64,000 nucleotides of DNA, taken from positions 54,374,001 to 54,438,000 of the forward strand of contig OZ024742.1 of assembly GCA_964016885.1 (NCBI GenBank), given 5' to 3'. Under the pieces are notes generated by a model that saw nothing but the letters and a program-made list of their open reading frames with translations, was not told the DNA's origin and did no database searches. The DNA is from Eledone cirrhosa (taxonomy: Eukaryota). The position numbers and the translations under genes were made by a program. Shown here one piece after another: positions 57,134 to 64,000 of the stretch. Each line of letters begins with the position of its first letter. The stretch's first letter is position 1.

Positions 57134-59016
57134 AATTCCATATATGGTCAAAGTGATTGTCAAAAGTCAGTAGTAATTCAGTGATTGCAAATTAGTAGGG
57201 GAGATGGTGGCTAAACCTGCCATTAGGAGAAAGGGGGGAGGGGGTGGAGTAGACCCAATCATGCGTTGGTAGTGCCAGCTACAGCTGGGCATGAGGTCAA
57301 AGAAGATACTGGGGAGGGGGAGGGGGAGGAAGTCGGAACGGTAGGTAGAACAATGAGGGGTAAAAATATATATGAAAGAAAAAATACTGAGAGTGATGAA
57401 AAGAGAATAAGTGTAAAGAAAAAAGTAAAGCAAGTTCTACGACCTAAGTCTCTAGCTATTGTTAGGCTAGATAAATAAATAAATAAATAAATAAAGAAAG
57501 AAAGAATAAAGAAATAACGAAATAAGTAAATAAACTAGGTGGGACGGAATAGGCAAGGACCCTTTTAAGAGGTATAAGTACGTAAATCATACGGTGACGG
57601 GTCAACAAATGGGGCCAAAATACTAAAGAAACTACCACGAAATAAATAATAAAGGTTTCTATCCCGGGCACAATGCCAGCAACCACCCAGTGCAGCAAAG
57701 TAAACTTGTACGAGATAATAATTCAGAGTCCCGAAAAAAAAATATACTAATGCTAACTCTAAAAGATCTTACACAAGCTACATGAAAGTTCGTACGAAGT
57801 AAAGGTAGAATACGGAAAAATAAATTCAAAATCCACCCCGCCCAAAAGAAAAGTGAAGAAAGAAATACTGAAACGAGAAAATAAGGCATAAGTGCCAGTA
57901 AGAAATATAGAAGGCACGGAAAATAGTGGGAGCGGTCGGAAAAAGGTGGCAAGTATCCGAGGTCTAACACAACTGCTATAAAAAGCGGAGTCCGCCAAAT
58001 CTATCATAGAGTAGGGGAGGGGCTGGGGTACTGAGGCTACAAGGGGCCAAAGGACAGCCTCGGGTGGGCGAGAAAAGACGCCGACAAAGAAGAAGAACTG
58101 GGGTAGAAGGGCTAAGGAGGGATGGGGGGAGAAGGAAGTAAAGGAGGCGATAAAAGAATAAAAAGGAGATCTTACGTCTCCCTTGGCAAGCAGGGGTTAC
58201 CCATTGCAAAATCGGCAAGTGGGGTGTTATAGCCCTAGTCTACCCCCTCCCCCCGGTCATTATGGGGTTTGAGGGCGAGGTAAGTCCTACGCAATCTATG
58301 TTTACATGCAGTAACCAGTTCATCTTTCTGTATAAATGTATTTTGAAAAAGTATATATATATAATACTTGTGATATATATATTCTGAAAAAGTTTAAATT
58401 CCATCTATTTCATATAATACCATATTAATTTTACCTTAATAATTGAAAGTAATATAGAGACGAGTTGGTATGTATAATTTGTAGGATGGTATGTCACACG
58501 TAAAGCCATAAAAGCATAATTAATTTAAACATCAATAACAATAAAATCTATACAAATCGTTTATTTCCCAAAGACAATTGAATTAATTAATTATGCACTT
58601 ATAAAACATTCACTTCCCGTTCCACACATTTGACTAGCAACGCTTCGACAGTTCGATATTGACAGTTACTGGTTGGAAGGGAAAATCGATAATTTCAGCA
58701 AAACTTGTTAACAAAGTTTTTGAAAAATACGCTACGGACTATAAAAGATATGATGCGCTATTTTCTTGAAACGGTTCTGATCAAACACCACCTATTGTGC
58801 AGGTGACGAAACACCATCACATCTAGGTACGTTAGCTAATAACGTGTGTTGTAATCCAATTTGCTGCGATCAGTAGAACAACCTGTTCATGACGATAACG
58901 CGCAAATGTAGGCCATTATATAGACATGTGTACCCTTAAAGTAGGGCTCGGGGACATAAAGCTTGGCATTTTCCTTTTCAATTACATGTATAACTCACTA
59001 TTTTTCAGGTGAGTGG

Positions 59017-59134
59017 GTTGGTTCAACGTGAAATAAAATGTCGTGTTCGAGGACACTATACACCGCCAGGATCGAATTTACATCCTTAGAGTGTTAAGCC
59101 GGACAAAAATAATCACTAGGCCAGGCGCCTTCAC
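59017..59134 (-). mobile_element. Old tRNA-derived SINE (second family)
   Basis: Minus strand GTGAAGGCGCCTGGCCTAGTG (A box) .. TTCGATCC (B box) .. GTGTCCTCGAACACGACA. Confidence 0.55.
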
Positions 59135-59744
59135 AGATAATATTGAGGTGAAGAAACACACACTTCTATATCAATTATAGAACCGTTAATACAAATCTTT
59201 AATGCTGCAAATAAATACACTTTGGGAAGATGAGTGACTTAACGGTCATGTGTTGTGATTCAGGATAATAAAAACGGGGATTTGATTCCTGAACTGTGGC
59301 TTCTGTTTTTGAACATGACGCGTTGCTGTCCATGATACGATTGGGGACTCTGTCAAAATACACACCGGAAACCTTAAATGCAATAGAACTCAGTAGAATA
59401 GCAACCCAACCGTGCATAGGTCTGAGCTGTACATTTACCGTTTTTCAAATAGTACACTTTGGTGCCATACTATTGGAAATTACGTATAAATAGGCTGACC
59501 ACATATATTTGAAGGAAGATGAATCCGCGTAACGTGTATGAACATATCTGTCAGATAGGATCAAGTCTCTAGAGTACTGAATCCATAGAGGTCTCAGCTC
59601 CTCAAATCCGTGACACAACCAGACTCTCTAGACTATCTGCTCACATATCTCTACACACACATATTGTGTCAATTCGATGACGAAGACTGAGCAATAACTA
59701 CAACATGTGTTTCCACAGATAACCTTATTAGAGGTGGCATGCCC

Positions 59745-60812
59745 TAGAATCTCAAACCACTCAGTACTAGAATCTCAAACCTCTCCTCTAATAAGGCTAT
59801 CTTTGACAGGGTGGCACCCTACTATAACACGGCGTTAGCTAACAGCGGCTTCTCACAACCTATAACTTACTCTCCCACTATCAACAACAGCAATAAGAAA
59901 AGAAAGCGCAACAATAGACAAACTATCTGATTCTCTCCTCCCTTCTCACTCAAGGTTAAAACCAATGTAGGCAAAACATTTCTAGCCCTCTTAGATAGAC
60001 ACTTTCCTATAGGTCATAAATACCACTCCATCTATAACCGACACAAAGTAAAACTAGGATACTCCTGCGCTAAGAACATGAATGCTCACATCACCAGCAT
60101 CCCTAGGAGCAACACCCCATCAGGGTGCTCTTGCCATAAGCCCGAAGCTTGCCCCCTTCAACAGTAATGCAACACACCAGCTGTAATTTATGAAGCTGTG
60201 GTCACTTCCAACCGACCAAACCAACCACAGGAGGTCAAATCCTATGTGGGCCCTGGCGGAGGGCCGATTTAAGGAAGGTTTCCTGAACCATCAGTCGACC
60301 TTTAGATACCCGGACAGACGTTCATCCACGAAACACGCGAGCCACATATGGTCCCTCAAGGACTCAAGTATAGACTACTCCATTCAACGGAAAACCATCA
60401 CTGAGTCCAAGCCATACGCAAGGGGAAATCCGTCGTGTGGACTGTGTATTGATGAACGAATAAAGTGATTATGCAATAGCGATTGCCTAAACCGAGAATT
60501 GAATTTTTCACACGTTGTCCACACGTCTCGAAACACCTATTAGATAACTACAAAGCTCCGGATTGAATGAATTATTGTAACAATATCAATATTTTTTCTT
60601 ATCAACAACAAATGTTCGGATTTCGCAGTTATCCGTCTTACACCTCTCGCACGCTTTTTATTATTGCCTGTGTGAAGTGACGGGTTACTGCGCATGCGCG
60701 TTCGTACGGTTGTCCTTCCTGTTCCGTATAAACATGCCCATTACGAGCTGAGGATCCGCTAAGGTGAACCAATTGTTCTCGGTATGGTGAACTAACTGTT
60801 GTGTAACCACTT
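59745..60812 (+). mobile_element. Degraded 5'-truncated PLE (thumb, CSCHKPEACPL knuckle, GIY-YIG)
   Basis: STRISNLSSNKAIFDRVAPYYNTALANSGF, SYVGPGGG.., HASHIWSLKD, CGLC. Confidence 0.8.
60744..60781 (+). ncRNA. Minimal HHR, one core change (GAAC)
   Basis: CGAG-CTGAGGA-tCC/gctaa/GGt-GAAC-CAATTG-TT-CTCG. Confidence 0.6.
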
Positions 60813-60821
60813 CTATATATA

Positions 60822-63800
60822 TATGTATCTAAAAGGTAAACAGAAATAACAACACAATCGGTACAGTATATGGAAGGCATATATTAGATTAACGCTTGAT
60901 ATAGTGATATAGCAGGAAGAGGGTCTTAACGTTTCGGACACTAGTCCTTCATCAGAAGAAAGAATGAGAAATAACATAGATTGAAGGGACGGGCGGGATG
61001 GAATTGGAAAAGATGTTTTTAGATAAAAATAAATGGTCCATTCATGTTGATATCTCTTGCAAAATTGTTGTTGCTGGTGTTTTGTGTATGATTTGTTTTT
61101 TAGAAAAGTGGATGATGGCAGGCGTCTACCTGAAAGGGAAAAAAACCGTTTTGCATAAGGAGCTATATTTGAGCACATGCTTAAGCATGTGTTTGTGTGT
61201 GTGTGTGTGTGTGCTGTTGTAGGTCCGTACGAAGCTAAGAAGAAATGTGTGTGTATATGTGAGTAAAATAGTGTGTGTGCATGTAAGTACGAAGCTAGGA
61301 GCAAAAGGATGTTAATATAAGGGTGTGTATCTGCATGTATTAGTTTTAAGTGCTAATGATCAAGATAAAGCGATAACAATCTAGGGGTGTGATAATTGAC
61401 GAGTTATTAGAGAAATTAGGGAGGTGAGTTGAGTCCAAGAGGGGAATAAGACCCAAGGCGGTGAATCAGACTTTGTTCAGTCCTGGTGCGCGAGGCCTGT
61501 GATCCATGATGTAAAAGGACACCCAGGACTGAAACATGTAGTGAAGAATGACCAGAAAAACAGAAATGACGGGCGATAGGAGTATCCAAACCGAGTCTGA
61601 TGTCCCTCAAATGTTTGGCGAAACGGTCCGCCATACGGCGTCCCATTTGTCCCATATATAAAGACCCGCAAGGGAACATTGGAGGGCAGAGACAACTTCG
61701 GTTGATGTGCAGGTGAAGGAATGGTGGATACGGAAAGACCCGTTAGGGCCTGTAAAGTGGTGCGGGTGGAAATAAAAGGCAAGTGTTGCAGCGGGAACAT
61801 GAACAAGGATGAGAGCCGAGTGGAGTCATGGGAGAGGACGAAAAGGAACTGCGAACCAGGAGGTCACGGAGTTTGCGGGCGCGCTTAAAAGCAGTAATGG
61901 GTGGGTTTGGAAAAAAGCGAGAAGTGACGGGATCAGAAAAGAGGATACGGAAGGAACGGAGGATATGTCACATGAGAGGGCTGTGGTGCGGTCTGTTTCA
62001 CGGGTGCGGGTGAGAGCAGCTTGGATCAAGGTTGGGGGATTTCCACGCTGGATGAAGCAGGAAGCCATGCGAAGGGAATGGGTTTCGAAATCATCGTCCT
62101 GGCTTTAGAGTCGACGAAGGCGGAGGAATTGGGCATAGGCTATGGAGTGTTTGTTGTGGGTTGGATGGGTGGAGGTGAATTCGAGATAAGATTGGGAGTC
62201 TGTTGGTTTAATGAATATGGAAGTAGAGAAGGTGTAGTGAGAGTGATTAATAGATAGAGAGATATCTAGAAAAGCGACAGAAGAATCGGAGAAAGGAGGT
62301 GGTGAGATTGAGAGCAGGATGGAAAGATTGGACAAAAAAAAGAAAACAGTCGAGCTGTTCTCATGATAGAGAGGTGGCTCCGATGCAGTCATCGATATAA
62401 CGACCGTATTGCTCAGGAGTCGGTCCAGCGTACTGGGAGAAGATCTGGGCTTCGACGTAGCCAACAAACAAGTTGGGATAGTTTGGACCCAATCTGGGTC
62501 CCATCGCTACCCCAGAGACCTGCTGGTAAATTTCACCCGAAAAAGAATATTCATTAAGGGTGAGAACAAATTCAGCTAGACGGAGAAGAGTGGTAGTGCT
62601 GGGGTAAGGGTAGGGCGAAAATCTAAAAAATGCTCGAGAGTGCGGAGGCTGTCATCATGAGGGATGACGGTATAGAGAGAAGTGATGTCCAGGGTAAAGA
62701 GGAGGCGGGAAGGACCAGGAGGGAAGCAGAAAGAGATGAAAAGTCTAAGGGCATGATTTGTATCGTGGATGTAGGAGGGGAGATTGCCGACCAACGGGGC
62801 GAGGATGGTGTCTAAATATTCAGAAATTATCTCGGTGGGGCAGGTGCACGCAGAAACGATAGGACGGCCAGGATTATTTTGTTTGTGTATTTTGGGAGGA
62901 AGAAGATGGTGGGTGTGCGAAGGGTGCGTACAATAAGGTTGGTGGCTCTGGGGGTAGGTGAGAGGAGGAGATGAGCTCGTGGATGTTGGAGGACACGAGT
63001 TGTTGGTAGCCAGGAGTGTGGTCGGAGGATAAAGCGCGGTAAAAAAGGGTATTGTGAAGTTGGCGGAGGGCTTCAGCCCTATAGAGGTCATCGCTCTAAA
63101 ACCACCACAGTGCCACCTTTGTCAACAGGTTTGATGACAATGTCATCGCGACACCGAAGGTTGCGAAGAGCGGAGAGCTCAGTTCGCGTGATGTTAGACC
63201 GACGAGAATGCTGGTGGAAACGGAACCGATTCACAGTAAGCCGGCAAGTATCGACAAAAAAGTCGAGGGTGCTGAACTGGCCAGAGCTCGGCGCCCAATG
63301 TGATTGCCGGCGACTGAGACGAGGGAAGTCATCCGTCTGTGTCGATGATGGCGTGTCGTGAAAAAAAAGCTTTCAGCTTTAATCGATGGAAGAACCCTTT
63401 ATTCTAGACACGTGTGCGGAACTCGTCGCAGGTAGATGTGGTTGGTATAAAACGCAAATCGCGGGCGAGGGGGGCACGCTCAGCTTCGCGGAGTGGTAGG
63501 TCCTGTGATATGGTGATTACAGTGCAGGGACGTGAGGGAGTGAAAGAAGTGGAGGCGGAGGTGGAGGGGTCAAGGTGGTTGGGCAAAGCGTGTGCAGATA
63601 CAGTGGTAGGTGACTGGATATATGGTTTAGGGTTGGAGGTGATATGAGTATGGGTGGTGACGGCAAGCAGGGAGCGGAGAGGGTCCAGTTTATGATTTTG
63701 TATGGAAGTGAGGAAATTGAAAAGGAGGCGATTGAGGTAAAGGATGAATTGGATAAGGTATTGGGCGAGGAAAGGGTGGCAAGTGGACGAGAGATGGAGG

Positions 63801-64000
63801 TAGGCTTGGGGAGATCTCGGTCGAGAGAACGGATTTGGGCGAGAGTTGATAGAATGGTCACCCGCATGAGCTGGCGAGAGGAGCGGGTAAGGATGGGCTC
63901 AGTGGTGGGAGCAGCGTAAGAGGTGAGGTGAAACTTGAGGCAAAAACCGCGGGGGATGAGGTGGTGGTGGAGATAGCGACTTAAAAATGTGATGTGTGTG
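60822..64000 (-). mobile_element. GC-richer PLE (Neptune-type), degraded, continues beyond the window
   Basis: PKIHKQNNPGRPIVSAC, FTLDITSLYTVIPH, RYIDDCIG, AFLDISL, KPTDSQSYL, LYMGQMGRRMADRFAKH, PLGLN. Confidence 0.9.
60924..60959 (-). ncRNA. Minimal type I hammerhead ribozyme
   Basis: TCTT-CTGATGA-aGGAC/tagt/GTCC-GAAA-CG-TT-AAGA. Confidence 0.75.

Overview
AT-rich, microsatellite-dense eukaryotic (animal) DNA made almost entirely of decayed transposable elements; no intact host gene could be supported. The tRNA-type SINEs, the RTE tail ending GGACGTTAAACGAT(GAT)n and the extreme (TA)n/(CA)n density suggest a cephalopod such as Octopus (inference). Contents: about ten Penelope-like retroelement (PLE; RT plus C-terminal GIY-YIG) copies from at least 3-4 families, several as large inverted 'palindromic' insertions; a degraded autonomous Helitron; a near full-length RTE-type LINE; a non-autonomous RTE-derived element in (TATG)n; SINEs; and DNA-transposon remnants. 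The most notable signal is RNA structure. By eye I find about 17-19 type I hammerhead-ribozyme (HHR) motifs, at PLE 3' ends where the element is recognisable or in tiny non-coding units dropped into (TA)n tracts. They include three copies with a compensatory U3-A8 core (UUGANAA) and one family with a CAGAAGA core. HHRs in PLE pseudo-LTRs are established; the variants and mini-elements are what merit follow-up. Element boundaries are approximate and read by eye.
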